From: Longimicrobiales bacterium
GTDB taxonomy: Bacteria; Gemmatimonadota; Gemmatimonadetes; Longimicrobiales; Gaopeijiaceae
NCBI GenBank assembly: GCA_965226375.1
Contig: CBDDCX010000008.1
Location: 1,280,001 to 1,344,000 of the forward strand
DNA: 64,000 nucleotides
Reading direction: 5' to 3'
The notes under the pieces are model-generated. The model saw only the letters and a program-made list of their open reading frames with translations, searched no databases and was not told the origin of the DNA. Below are positions 39,580-49,285 of this stretch, one piece after another; the first letter of the stretch is position 1; the number at the start of each line of letters is the position of its first letter. The position numbers and the translations under genes were made by a program.

Positions 39580-40818
39580 TCACCCGCTGACGGCGATCCC
39601 TTCCCCGTAGTGGGTCCGTACGTAGTCGTCCAAAATCACCTTGAACTCGTTCACGAGAGCGTCCCCACTGAGCGTGGAGTGGTGCTCTCCGTCCACGTAA
39701 ACGGGGGCTTTGGGCTCCTCGGACGTGCCCGGCAACGAGATTCCCAGGTTGGCGTGCTTCGACTCGCCTGGACCGTTTACCACGCACCCCATAACGGCCA
39801 CGGTCATCTCTTCGACGCCGGGAAAGTCCTCACGCCACCGGGGCATCTGATCTCGGATGTACCCATGGATTTCCTGGGCCATCTCCTGGAAGAACGTGCT
39901 CGTCGTACGACCACACCCCGGGCACGCCGTCACCTGGGGCTCGAAGCTCCGGATCTGGAGCGACTGTAGAATCTGCCGGGCCACCCGAACCTCTTCGGCT
40001 CGGTCACCCCCGGGCTCCGGGGTGAGCGAAACCCGTATGGTGTCCCCTATCCCGTCGATCAAAAGGGGGCCGATGCCGACAGCCGTGGCAACTACACCCT
40101 TGGTCCCCATGCCGGCCTCGGTCAGGCCCAGATGAAGGGGGTAGTCACTCCGGTCCGCAAGAAGACGATACACCTGTATGAGGTCCGGAACCTCGGAGAC
40201 CTTGGCACTGAGAATGATCATATCGTGTGCCATCCCGATCTCCTCCGCGAACTCGGCGGAGCGCATTGCGCTCTCCACCACGGCATCGATCAGCACGTCG
40301 CGCCCGTCCTTCGGATCCGCGAGGCCGGCGTTCGCGTCCATCATCTCGGTGAGGAGGCGCTGATCCAGAGACCCCCAGTTCACGCCGATCCGCACCGGTG
40401 TGTCGTTGGCGATGGCAACTTCGATGATCTTCTGAAAGTTCTTGTCGCGGTGCTTGGTCCCCACGTTTCCCGGATTGATCCGGTACTTGGCCAAGGCCTG
40501 GGCACACGCGGGGTGTGAAGTGAGCAGCAGATGCCCGTTGTAGTGGAAGTCTCCGATAATCGGAACGTCGATGCCATCGGCCATGAGGCGTGCCACAATT
40601 TCGGGCACGGCCGCAGCCACGTCGTCGTTGTTGACCGTGACTCGGACTAGCTCACTGCCGGCCTCGGCCAGCTCCCTGACCTGGATGACGGTCGCCTCGA
40701 TGTCGGCCGTATCGGTATTGGTCATGGACTGCACGACCACCGGGTTCATTTTTCCGACCCGGACACCTCCGATATCGACCTCGACGGATTCCCTACGGTT
40801 CCAGCAGCTCACACGCAT
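39580..40818 (-). CDS. ispG: 4-hydroxy-3-methylbut-2-enyl diphosphate synthase
   Basis: [41 protein letters not shown]. Confidence 0.96.
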   Translation of the reverse strand: MRVSCWNRRESVEVDIGGVRVGKMNPVVVQSMTNTDTADIEATVIQVRELAEAGSELVRVTVNNDDVAAAVPEIVARLMADGIDVPIIGDFHYNGHLLLTSHPACAQALAKYRINPGNVGTKHRDKNFQKIIEVAIANDTPVRIGVNWGSLDQRLLTEMMDANAGLADPKDGRDVLIDAVVESAMRSAEFAEEIGMAHDMIILSAKVSEVPDLIQVYRLLADRSDYPLHLGLTEAGMGTKGVVATAVGIGPLLIDGIGDTIRVSLTPEPGGDRAEEVRVARQILQSLQIRSFEPQVTACPGCGRTTSTFFQEMAQEIHGYIRDQMPRWREDFPGVEEMTVAVMGCVVNGPGESKHANLGISLPGTSEEPKAPVYVDGEHHSTLSGDALVNEFKVILDDYVRTHYGEGIAVSG

Positions 40819-40963
40819 CCCACGCTTCGAGAGTGGACGGACCCAGCGGAATCTACCCAACGGCCTCGGGCGCTCCAAGACGAAGCTCGACGACTCACTT
40901 GGAACCCGCGCGGGAAGTGGGGTATGCCCGAGTTCGTTTATAACAGCCAACCCAGGAGGAACT

Positions 40964-41179
40964 TTGTCCGAACCGCGCATCACGATCCGAGAAAACGGAT
41001 CTCTCCGGATAGAAGGGGAAATCCCCCTGTGCGACAGTGACGGGAATGCCGTGACCACGCCGGAGGGTAAGCCGTACTCCTTATGTCGCTGCGGTGGCTC
41101 GAGCAGAAAGCCCTTCTGCGATGGAAGCCATAAGACCAACGGCTTCGACGGATCTTTGGCCGTGCAGGACGACGCATAG
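40964..41179 (+). CDS. CDGSH iron-sulfur domain protein
   Basis: GGAGG then TTG start; [17 protein letters not shown]. Confidence 0.93.
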   Translation: MSEPRITIRENGSLRIEGEIPLCDSDGNAVTTPEGKPYSLCRCGGSSRKPFCDGSHKTNGFDGSLAVQDDA

Positions 41180-41243
41180 GAACTGGCTCCTCAAGCCGAC
41201 CCTTTAATGCGGTAGCCGTTCAGATGCAGTAGCGCCTACAAGG

Positions 41244-41525
41244 CTATCGCATCTGATACCAGGCTCGGACGCCATGTCCATCGGGATGTCCCACGTCGGG
41301 GAACAGTTTGCCGTTCTCTACTCGAAACCATGCCCGACCGCTCCTGCCATCGGGATGTCCCGGCGCTGCGTAGACCTTTCCGTCCTTGATGACGAACCAG
41401 GGCTTGAAGCCCACCCGCTTGGGGGGCCCGACATCGGTGAACACCTTGTCGTCCTTTACCCGGAACCACGGCCTGCCACTAATCCCGATAGGGTGAGCGT
41501 GATCCGGATATAAATAGATGGCCAT
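41244..41525 (-). CDS. Small hypothetical protein made of four ~23-aa repeats
   Basis: Repeated HPxG-x4-[PA]W[FY]x[VI]xxGK[VL][FY] units. Confidence 0.7.
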   Translation of the reverse strand: MAIYLYPDHAHPIGISGRPWFRVKDDKVFTDVGPPKRVGFKPWFVIKDGKVYAAPGHPDGRSGRAWFRVENGKLFPDVGHPDGHGVRAWYQMR

Positions 41526-41736
41526 GGTGACAACTCTCGCCTGGGGACGGAGGAGCACTTCTTAGAATCTCGACGCGCTCTGCCCAAGTTAATGCCTGAC
41601 CCGGCAGTTTGCAGCCGCTAGCGCCTGCAAGAGACCGCCCCCATCATGGGACCTTCGGTCCGCCGCCTGTCACAAGACGAGGGTCCACGCGTATGGGACC
41701 TCAGTCGGATCATGTATCTTCCGGGAGCATTCTTCT

Positions 41737-42483
41737 GTGCGCCAGTCCCTGATCGCTACAACGCTCTCCGTCTTCCTTCTGGGATGCGGCGGCGGGGACC
41801 TGGTGGGACTCGACGATCCGTCCTTCGACTCGGACAGCGACGGTATCTTGAACCAGGACGATGCCTGTCCCGGTGAGCCCGAAACCGTCAACGGTGTATT
41901 GGATGGTGACGGCTGTCCGGATACGCCCTTGGAGTTCTATGAGGCGATCCGAATGGACCTGGAGCAGTACTGGACCTCCGCGTTCCCTGTCTACGGGGAG
42001 ACTTATCGTCCCATCGGTGTCTTTTTATCGTTCTCCAGTGCGACTACGACGGGCTGTGGCGTCGTCTATCCGCAAAATGTGGAGTCTTGCTCAAGGGGTG
42101 AGGGCGTTTACTACGATCTGAACATGCTTCAGGAGTCGCTGGATCTGGTCGGGGACATGGGGCCCGCATTTATCCTCTCACACGCGATCGGTGGCCACAT
42201 ATCATGGCTCCTCGAATGGTCGTTGTGGCTGACGCCGAATACCCTCCGGCTTCAAGCGGATTGCTGGGGGGGAGCTTGGGCCAGTGACGCCTCGGCCCGC
42301 GGATGGCTAGACGTGGATGATCCCGAGGTTGCCGTCGGGCAGATCGTGCGACTCTACGAAACTCCTGGGACGTGGTTCGACGCGTCGAAGTACGGGACTC
42401 CCGAGCAGAGAGTGGCGGCGTTTCGGGTTGGCTTCTTAAACGGCCCTCCTGGCTGCGCCAGCGTAGAGTTTTTCGACATCTAG
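41737..42483 (+). CDS. Lipoprotein: TSP3-like Ca-binding repeat plus YpfJ-like neutral zinc metallopeptidase domain (degenerate)
   Basis: Lipobox LLGC; DSDSDGI...DACP...DGDGCPD; LQADCWGGAW; YGTPEQRVAAF. Confidence 0.8.
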   Translation: MRQSLIATTLSVFLLGCGGGDLVGLDDPSFDSDSDGILNQDDACPGEPETVNGVLDGDGCPDTPLEFYEAIRMDLEQYWTSAFPVYGETYRPIGVFLSFSSATTTGCGVVYPQNVESCSRGEGVYYDLNMLQESLDLVGDMGPAFILSHAIGGHISWLLEWSLWLTPNTLRLQADCWGGAWASDASARGWLDVDDPEVAVGQIVRLYETPGTWFDASKYGTPEQRVAAFRVGFLNGPPGCASVEFFDI

Positions 42484-42532
42484 GTGGTGAGTCGGAGCGT
42501 CGACTGCCTGGTACACATCTGAGACACCCGTC

Positions 42533-43327
42533 TCAGGGAGATGGCGTAGCGAAGAGCGGGAGCCTCTCGATGGAATCCGCGCGGATGGGATTCTGCGGCC
42601 CGACAGCCAAGAGCTCGTGGTCGGCACCCCAGTCACGCTCCGGATGGGCGATGCGCTCGGCCAGAGCAGAAGACGGAAAGAGTCGGAATCCACGCTCCGA
42701 TAGCGCGCTGTGACACTCGTCATAGCACGAACGGTCGTGAATGGATATGAACAACAGCATCCGCTCGGAGAGCAGGTCACCGGCACCTCGCAGGACCGCA
42801 CCCTCACTTCCTTCCACGTCGATCTTGATCACGTCCGGAGCCTGAAGAGCCTCTTCAGTCTTCAGGCTCTGCAGTGTGGACGACCTCACCCGCTCACTCC
42901 CCTGGCCCAAGCGGAAAGTGATGGACGAACCCCGACCTCCAAACTGTTCCTGGCCTTCACGGTCACTCACGGCCACCGCGAGGACCCGAACGTGGTCCAG
43001 CGCATTCCAGTCGACGTGTTTGCGAAGAAACCAGAGGTTGGTGTCGGAGGGCTCAAAGGCCACAACCGATCCGGACGGCCCGACTCGCCGAGCGAGCATC
43101 ATCGACACGTAGCCCTTATGAGCACCTATGTCCCAAACATGGTCCCCCGGATGGACGAGTGAACGAAGCGTCTGGATTCGACTCACCTCGAACCGCCCCG
43201 ACCGGTATCCTCGACCCGAGCTGGCGAGACTCCATTTCAGACCCTCGTTAGGGCCGGAGGCGATTCGAAACGGAATACCACGGAGTAGCCGGGCGCCGGC
43301 CGCTCTGAAGGATCGGGACAGTCTCAT
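42533..43327 (-). CDS. FkbM-family methyltransferase
   Basis: WDIGAHKG, AFEP, IKIDVEG. Confidence 0.92.
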   Translation of the reverse strand: MRLSRSFRAAGARLLRGIPFRIASGPNEGLKWSLASSGRGYRSGRFEVSRIQTLRSLVHPGDHVWDIGAHKGYVSMMLARRVGPSGSVVAFEPSDTNLWFLRKHVDWNALDHVRVLAVAVSDREGQEQFGGRGSSITFRLGQGSERVRSSTLQSLKTEEALQAPDVIKIDVEGSEGAVLRGAGDLLSERMLLFISIHDRSCYDECHSALSERGFRLFPSSALAERIAHPERDWGADHELLAVGPQNPIRADSIERLPLFATPSP

Positions 43328-43342
43328 CGCCTGATGGCAAGA

Positions 43343-44641
43343 TCACCCGCCGGGCCCTCTGCGGACATCCGGCTCCAGGCGCCACTCCAGGTTGTTTGGC
43401 GGCGTCACGGTCAGCTCTTCCGGTCTACCCAGCGCCCGCAGTTGTGGGGTGAAATCGTACGGAATCACCGAGGGTCGGGTCGTGCCCCCCCTGTTCATGT
43501 ATTCCCATACGATCTCGCCGTCGGGTTTCACCTGAAAGAGCCGGCCGGTGTTGTCTTCGGCAATGTACGTATTGCCATTGGGCAACCGCTTCTGGGTGCC
43601 CATGCTCTTGCTGAAGAACTTCAGGTTGGCATAACCTTCCGTCTCATAGATCCACACGATTTCCTGAGTCGTCGGATCCATCTCGACAATGAAGGTCTGA
43701 CCCGTATGGGTCCGATGCCTCGTGAAGAGACCGTTGTCGAACAGAATGATATTGCCGGCCCCCGGAAGTCCCTTTTCGATCATCTCCGCCTCATGGGCGT
43801 GGGCCATGCCACCCTTATAGTCATGGGTGCCTTCCCAGACGATCTCCTTGGTCTGTTTGTCGATGATGTAGACCATGTTGATGTTTCGCGCGTTGAGCAG
43901 AATGTTGCCGGGCCTGAACCGCTGGTCACCCGCATCGAACCACTTGTTTTCCGGAAGGGGAGCGATCGCGTTGACGTGCAGCCAATCGCCTTCCGGAGTG
44001 GCAGGTGAGAACAGGTTCAGATCCAGATGATTGTGCGCGTGCCACTCCCAGACCACGTCACCGTCCAGATTCACTTCGTATAGATCGGCGCCCAATTGGG
44101 TCTCTCCCGTACCCCGCAGGCGAGGCTTCCACCAAGGGGCGATCTCGACGTCTTTGACCTGCGCCTGGAACTCTTCGGGGATCGGTTCGTGGGCGATCAG
44201 CAACCGATTGTTGTTCGGCAAGACGCGCATATCGTTCACTGAGCCGATGCCCTGATGCGTCCACACGACTTCGCCGTCCCAATCGTATTCATAGATCGTC
44301 TTGTTGGCGCCCACATAGACCAGGTTTCCATTGGGGAGCAGCCTGCTTCGCTTGTTGAAGTTGGGAGCGACCTCCCAGGTGTGAACGACATTGCCGTTCA
44401 TGTCGATGAGGCGAATGTCGGTGGGGCTTCCGCCTCCAGCCTGGGCCCGGGCGGTCGCACTCGAATGATTCCCGATCGCGCTGTGGTCTGATATCAGGAC
44501 ATAGGTGCTGTAGGCTTGCGCGGGATCGTAAATCGTCGTGCCTGTCGGAAACACGGACTGTGCTGCAGCCGTGTGGGTCAGCGCAGCAAGTATTAGCACC
44601 CAGGCGGAGATCGAGAGGGTCTGTTTCCTGATGTTCATCAT
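43343..44641 (-). CDS. Exported aryl-sulfate sulfotransferase-like protein
   Basis: PTGTTIYDP, LIDMNGNVVHTW, DWLHVNA, LFDNG, RLPNGNT. Confidence 0.85.
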   Translation of the reverse strand: MMNIRKQTLSISAWVLILAALTHTAAAQSVFPTGTTIYDPAQAYSTYVLISDHSAIGNHSSATARAQAGGGSPTDIRLIDMNGNVVHTWEVAPNFNKRSRLLPNGNLVYVGANKTIYEYDWDGEVVWTHQGIGSVNDMRVLPNNNRLLIAHEPIPEEFQAQVKDVEIAPWWKPRLRGTGETQLGADLYEVNLDGDVVWEWHAHNHLDLNLFSPATPEGDWLHVNAIAPLPENKWFDAGDQRFRPGNILLNARNINMVYIIDKQTKEIVWEGTHDYKGGMAHAHEAEMIEKGLPGAGNIILFDNGLFTRHRTHTGQTFIVEMDPTTQEIVWIYETEGYANLKFFSKSMGTQKRLPNGNTYIAEDNTGRLFQVKPDGEIVWEYMNRGGTTRPSVIPYDFTPQLRALGRPEELTVTPPNNLEWRLEPDVRRGPGG

Positions 44642-44902
44642 TCTCTCCATAGATGAAGGCGTGCTTCCGACGTAACCGATGTGGTGTGCGTCCTCGGGCG
44701 ACGAATGCGATTCATGGTGCGAACAACATCTACACGCGGAAGTAGCGCACACATTGAAATAGAGCGCAAAGATGTGGGCCGACGGCGGACCGCGCGAGTT
44801 TGGAAGTGCGGGAGTCCGTGCTTCGAGACCCTGGCGCCATCTCGGCTCTGTTGCGCGGCTAAGATGTAGAACGGGCGTGAAGCGCGCGACCCGGCCGCCG
44901 AC

Positions 44903-45115
44903 CTACGATCCGCAGCACGTCAGCTGTATCGCGATCCACACGAAGGGGGTCACCACGATGGCCAGACCGAGTCCGATGGTTTTTGCCGGGCTGAGTGCCG
45001 ACTCCTCAATCGACGTCACGAGACCCAACGGCATCTCAAACGGTATCCGTCCCCTCGGATTACGACGCACCTCCGTCCCCACCAACCTGTCGCCCTCGAT
45101 CCTGGCCTGGTCCAC
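44903..45115 (-). pseudogene. Short hypothetical ORF, probably the C-terminal remnant of a membrane-tailed protein
   Basis: RIEGDRLVG...SPAKTIGLGLAIVV; begins directly at the edge of the tRNA-linked repeat with no Shine-Dalgarno. Confidence 0.4.
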
Positions 45116-45120
45116 TCGAG

Positions 45121-45558
45121 GGACCGCCCGTGGCCCAGAGCCCGAGCAATCTCAATTAAGCGGAGGGGGTGGGATTGACGTCGCTTCGCGACGTCGTCTC
45201 GCGGAAAGACCGGCTCGGCCGCATGCGCGGTCTTTCATCCTGACCGCTCGGCTCGAACCCGCGAGGCGCCCTTCTGGGAAGGGCGCGTGGGTTCGAACTC
45301 GAGAATGTCGAGGACCACCCGTGGCCCAGAACCCGAGCAATCTAAATTAAGCGGAGGGGGTGGGATTGACGTCGCTTCGCGACGTCGTCTCGCGGAAAGA
45401 CCGGCTCGGCCGCATGCGCGGTCTTTCATCCTGACCGCTCGGCTCGAACCCGCGAGGCGCCCTTCTGGGAAGGGCGCGTGGGTTCGAACTCGAGAATGTC
45501 GAGGACCACCCGTGGCCCAGAACCCGAGCAATCTAAATTAAGCGGAGGGGGTGGGATT
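45121..45558 (-). repeat. tRNA-Ser-linked tandem repeat, period 191 bp (two full units plus a diverged partial unit)
   Basis: 45160-45350 matches 45351-45541; the last 16 nt of the tRNA recur at 45161-45176, 45352-45367 and 45543-45558. Confidence 0.95.
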
Positions 45559-45626
45559 CGAACCCACGAGTCCTTGCGGACGCCGGTTTTCAAGACCGGT
45601 GCATTGAACCGCTCTGCCACCCCTCC
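45543..45626 (-). tRNA. tRNA-Ser(TGA)
   Basis: GGAGGGGTGGCAGAGCGGTTCAATGCACCGGTCTTGAAAACCGGCGTCCGCAAGGACTCGTGGGTTCGAATCCCACCCCCTCCG; long variable arm; CCA not encoded. Confidence 0.96.
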
Positions 45627-45672
45627 AGTACTTCGCGCCCCCGAGAAACTCAGGCATTCATGCGGGCTGTGT

Positions 45673-45701
45673 AAAGAGGCGGGGCGTGGATACGCCCCGC
45701 C
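45673..45701 (-). terminator. Probable intrinsic terminator after purH
   Basis: GGCGGGGCGT-ATCC-ACGCCCCGCC followed by TCTTT. Confidence 0.65.
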
Positions 45702-45709
45702 GGCTCCGA

Positions 45710-47389
45710 TCAATGCCGGAAGAGGCGCTGCTCGGTGAAGACCATGGCCATGCCGTGTTCGTTGGCGGCCTCGATCACTTCGTCGTCTCGCATCGAGCCG
45801 CCGGGTTGGACGATGGCCCGCACTCCAGCTTCGGCGGCGGCGTCCACCCCGTCGCGGAACGGGAAGAACGCATCGGATGCCAGTACGGCCCCTGTGAGGT
45901 CGAGACCGGCGTCGGCCGCCTTCTGGACGGCGATGCGCGAGGAGTCCACCCGGCTCATCTGACCGGCGCCGAGACCCAGCGTGGCTCCGCCGCTTGCGAA
46001 CAAGATCGCGTTGGACTTCACACCGAAGACCGCGGCCCATGCGAAGCGGAGGTCGTCCCACTCCGCTTCGTCGGGACTCCGGTCGGTGGCGACGGACCAG
46101 TTGACCTTGCTCGTACCGTAGAAGGGGGGCGACGGTGGAGTCTGGGCGAGCATTCCACCGTATACGCTCCGCAGAGCGAGGGCTTCGGGCCGGCGCCCAT
46201 GCTGCGCAAGGAAACGACCGGTTCGCCGGACTTCTTCCGGTGCTCTCTGCCACCAGTCCCCATCGGGCTCGCCCTCCAACTCCTCGCCGATACCTCCCGA
46301 CACCAATAGCCGGAGGTTCTTCTTCTGTGTTAGCACCTCCAGGGCCTCGTCGTCGAAGGCCGGCGCCACCACGCACTCGATGAACAGCCCGGACATGGCC
46401 TGGGCCGTCTCCTCATCGATGCGCCGGTTCACTGCGATGACCGAACCGAACGCGCTTACGCCGTCGGTGCGGAGTGCCCGTTCGTACGCCTCGGACACTG
46501 TTCCGGCCACAGCCAGCCCGCAGGGCGTGGTATGCTTCACGATACAAACCGCTGGTCTGGGAGAGTAGGCGAACGGTGCAAGGGATAAGAGCGCGCCGTC
46601 GAGATCGAGCAGGTTGTTATAGGAGAGGTCCTTGCCGTGGACTTGCTCGAGTCCCGCTAGTCCATCTTGTCTTCCGGGGCGTCGATAGAAAGCGGCTCGC
46701 TGGCCCGGATTCTCACCATATCTCAGCTCCTGGACCAATTCGAGATCGAGGGACAAGGCCCCCGGAAGACTCGTGTCCGGGTCCCCCGTGACCGGTTCCT
46801 CGCCATCGGCTCCCACTTCCAGATAGGTGGCCACGGCGGCGTCATACTCACTGATGTGACGAAAGACCTTGGCGGCGAGTTCGCGACGCAACCCGGTATC
46901 AACCGTACCGCCATCCGCCAACGCAATCACAACGCGGTCGTAGTCCGCAGGGTCCACCATCACGAGCACGTCGGTATGGCTCTTGGCAGCGGCCCGGACC
47001 ATGGTGGGCCCGCCAATATCCACCTTCGCCATCGCCTCACCCACCGGAACGTCACCGCGGGCCACGGTCTCTCGGAACGGATAGAGATTCACAGCCACGA
47101 GGTCGATGGGTGCGTATCCGTGCTCAGCCAGAGAAGCCATGTCATCGGGTCGGTCGCGGCGCGCCAGGAGGCCCGCGTGCACGGCGGGATGCAGGGTCTT
47201 GACGCGCCCATCCATCATCTCTGGATGGCCGGTCACCTCGGCCACTTCGGTCACCGGAAGGCCGGCGTCTCGCACGGCCCCAGCGGTGCCCCCCGTGGAC
47301 AGTATCTCCCAGCCCGCCTCGATCAGTGAGTTGGCCAGAGCTTCGATACCCGACTTGTCGGACACGCTCAGGAGCGCTCTTCGCTTCAT
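45710..47389 (-). CDS. purH: AICAR transformylase / IMP cyclohydrolase
   Basis: [39 protein letters not shown]. Confidence 0.97.
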   Translation of the reverse strand: MKRRALLSVSDKSGIEALANSLIEAGWEILSTGGTAGAVRDAGLPVTEVAEVTGHPEMMDGRVKTLHPAVHAGLLARRDRPDDMASLAEHGYAPIDLVAVNLYPFRETVARGDVPVGEAMAKVDIGGPTMVRAAAKSHTDVLVMVDPADYDRVVIALADGGTVDTGLRRELAAKVFRHISEYDAAVATYLEVGADGEEPVTGDPDTSLPGALSLDLELVQELRYGENPGQRAAFYRRPGRQDGLAGLEQVHGKDLSYNNLLDLDGALLSLAPFAYSPRPAVCIVKHTTPCGLAVAGTVSEAYERALRTDGVSAFGSVIAVNRRIDEETAQAMSGLFIECVVAPAFDDEALEVLTQKKNLRLLVSGGIGEELEGEPDGDWWQRAPEEVRRTGRFLAQHGRRPEALALRSVYGGMLAQTPPSPPFYGTSKVNWSVATDRSPDEAEWDDLRFAWAAVFGVKSNAILFASGGATLGLGAGQMSRVDSSRIAVQKAADAGLDLTGAVLASDAFFPFRDGVDAAAEAGVRAIVQPGGSMRDDEVIEAANEHGMAMVFTEQRLFRH

Positions 47390-47429
47390 GTCTAAGTTCG
47401 TTCTCCTCTATGTGATCGCTTCTCGAGAG

Positions 47430-48083
47430 TCAGTCCTGAACAGTCGATTGAAAATCGACGGACGCCAGGATGAACGGAGCCGGTTCTCTATTCTCCGTCA
47501 CGGCCCGACAGATGTGATCGAGCACGGCCGGATAAAGGCGGTGCTCTATCTTCAGAACGCGGGCGGCCACTGCTTCCTCATCATCTCCGGGCAGGACCGG
47601 CACGGGCCACTGCGCCACGATGGTCCCGGTGTCGTACTCCTCGTCCACGTAATGGACCGTGGCACCGGTCACCTTGGCCCCCTCGGCCAGAACCGCCCTG
47701 TGCACCCGTGCCCCGTACATGCCCTTTCCGCCAAAAGCCGGAAGCAGAGCGGGATGGATGTTCAAGATGCGTCGCGAGTACGCGGTCACCACGGCCGAGG
47801 GTATGAGTTTGAGGTACCCGGCTAGGGCGATCACCTGCACGCCGCGATCACGAAGGAGTCGGAGAGCCTCAACGCCGACAGTTTCCGAGGAGCGGTCCAT
47901 TACCGAGACTACCAGGGCGTCACGACCAGCGGCTTTGGCCCGATCGAGCACGCCGGCATCCGGACGATCTGCGATGACCGCTACGATGCGGTACGCCTCG
48001 CCCGTGTCCTCGTGGTCCAGCAGTGACTGGAAATTCGTGCCCCCGCCCGACGCGAATACGGCAACGGGAACAGGAGGCGTCAC
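47430..48083 (-). CDS. purN: Phosphoribosylglycinamide formyltransferase
   Basis: ASGGGTN, LNIHPALLP, GATVHYVDEEYDTG. Confidence 0.96.
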   Translation of the reverse strand: MTPPVPVAVFASGGGTNFQSLLDHEDTGEAYRIVAVIADRPDAGVLDRAKAAGRDALVVSVMDRSSETVGVEALRLLRDRGVQVIALAGYLKLIPSAVVTAYSRRILNIHPALLPAFGGKGMYGARVHRAVLAEGAKVTGATVHYVDEEYDTGTIVAQWPVPVLPGDDEEAVAARVLKIEHRLYPAVLDHICRAVTENREPAPFILASVDFQSTVQD

Positions 48084-48730
48084 GCCAGCTCCCCTCCGTA
48101 GTGGGGGGTCAGAAAAGGGTTACCGGTACGCTCGTGACCGACCGAGGTAGGCGGTCCGTGGCCGGTCAGGAGGCGGGTCTCGTCAGCCATGGTCAACACA
48201 TGCCGCCGAATGCTGTCGAAGAGGGCCTGATAGTCGCCACCTGGAAGATCGGTCCTTCCGACCGAGCCCGCAAAAACGAGATCGCCGACGATTGCGAGCT
48301 GGTCATCCGCAGCCACGAGGATCACGTGTCCCGGTGAATGACCGGGCGTGTGAATGACCTGGAAAGCCGATTCACCGAACGAGAATGTGTCCCCGTCATG
48401 AAGCTCTTCTTCGGGCGACGCCAACTCAGGTGCTGTAAGGCCGAACATGGCAGCCTGCGCCGGCACGGCGTCGAAGAGTGGACGATCTGCCGGGTGGAGG
48501 TAGGTGGGTGCGTCTGTAAATTCGCGAATGACGTTCAGGCCCTCCACATGATCGAGATGCGCGTGTGTCAACAAGACGGCGACGACCTCGCTGCCCTCGT
48601 CTGCAATTGCGGCCACCATCTGCGGGGCGGAGGCACCGGGATCCACGACAACGCACTGGCCCGTGGTCTCACACCACGCAACGTAACCGTTCTCGGCAAA
48701 ATTTCCGGCTGTGAAGTCTTGAAAGCGCAT
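48080..48730 (-). CDS. MBL-fold metallo-hydrolase (glyoxalase II / YcbL-like)
   Basis: THAHLDH, TPGHSPG, GRTDLPGG, GHG. Confidence 0.92.
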   Translation of the reverse strand: MRFQDFTAGNFAENGYVAWCETTGQCVVVDPGASAPQMVAAIADEGSEVVAVLLTHAHLDHVEGLNVIREFTDAPTYLHPADRPLFDAVPAQAAMFGLTAPELASPEEELHDGDTFSFGESAFQVIHTPGHSPGHVILVAADDQLAIVGDLVFAGSVGRTDLPGGDYQALFDSIRRHVLTMADETRLLTGHGPPTSVGHERTGNPFLTPHYGGELA

Positions 48731-48773
48731 CTTGATCAGACATGACGACACCGCGACGCAATGTCAGTCTCAC

Positions 48774-48812
48774 AAAAAAATAAGTGGCCCGTAGGGATCT
48801 CACCTACGAGCC
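48774..48812 (-). terminator. Intrinsic terminator after erpA
   Basis: GGCTCGTAGG-loop-CCTACGGGCC followed by ACTTATTTTTTT. Confidence 0.75.
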
Positions 48813-48839
48813 GATAGATCGGAGTCTGTTCTGGGAACT

Positions 48840-49184
48840 CTACGCGGTGAACGAGCTTCCGCAGCCGCATCCGCCAGAGGCGTTGGGGTTCGTGAACGTG
48901 AATCCCGATCCCATCATGCTGGTCACGTAGTCGATCTGGACACCGGTCAAATACTGGACACTGAACGGGTCGACAAAAATTTTGACACCCGCCATGTCGA
49001 ATACCTCGTCGTCGCTCTCTGGAGCATCCTCGATGTTCAGGCCGTACTGAAAGCCCGAGCATCCACCAGGGAGGACCGCGACACGGAGCCCCGCGTCTTC
49101 CGACGCTCCCTGCTCTTCAATGAACGACTGGACCTTGCTCATCGCCGTGGGCGTGAGGGTCAGCAGCGTCTTGGTACTTTCCAT
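48840..49184 (-). CDS. erpA: A-type Fe-S carrier protein (ErpA/IscA/HesB)
   Basis: GGCSGFQY and NPNA...CGCGSSF. Confidence 0.9.
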   Translation of the reverse strand: MESTKTLLTLTPTAMSKVQSFIEEQGASEDAGLRVAVLPGGCSGFQYGLNIEDAPESDDEVFDMAGVKIFVDPFSVQYLTGVQIDYVTSMMGSGFTFTNPNASGGCGCGSSFTA

Positions 49185-49285
49185 GACATCTATCTCCTGG
49201 GGCTGTTTTACCCCTACCGTCCCCGAATCGTTCTCGGCGACGATGATTTAGTTCCCTGGAACACCCCAAAAAGCTATCGGGAGGC

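Noticed and set aside
45121..45558. CRISPR array
   Set aside because: The intervening segments are identical and ~130 bp long, the repeat derives from the tRNA, and no cas genes are present.
45543..45626. tRNA-Sec (selC), given nearby selA
   Set aside because: The anticodon is TGA (Ser), not TCA, and the acceptor stem is the normal 7 bp.
44772..45738. Short ORFs overlapping the tRNA-linked repeats
   Set aside because: They are translations of palindromic repeat and tRNA sequence with no coding signals.
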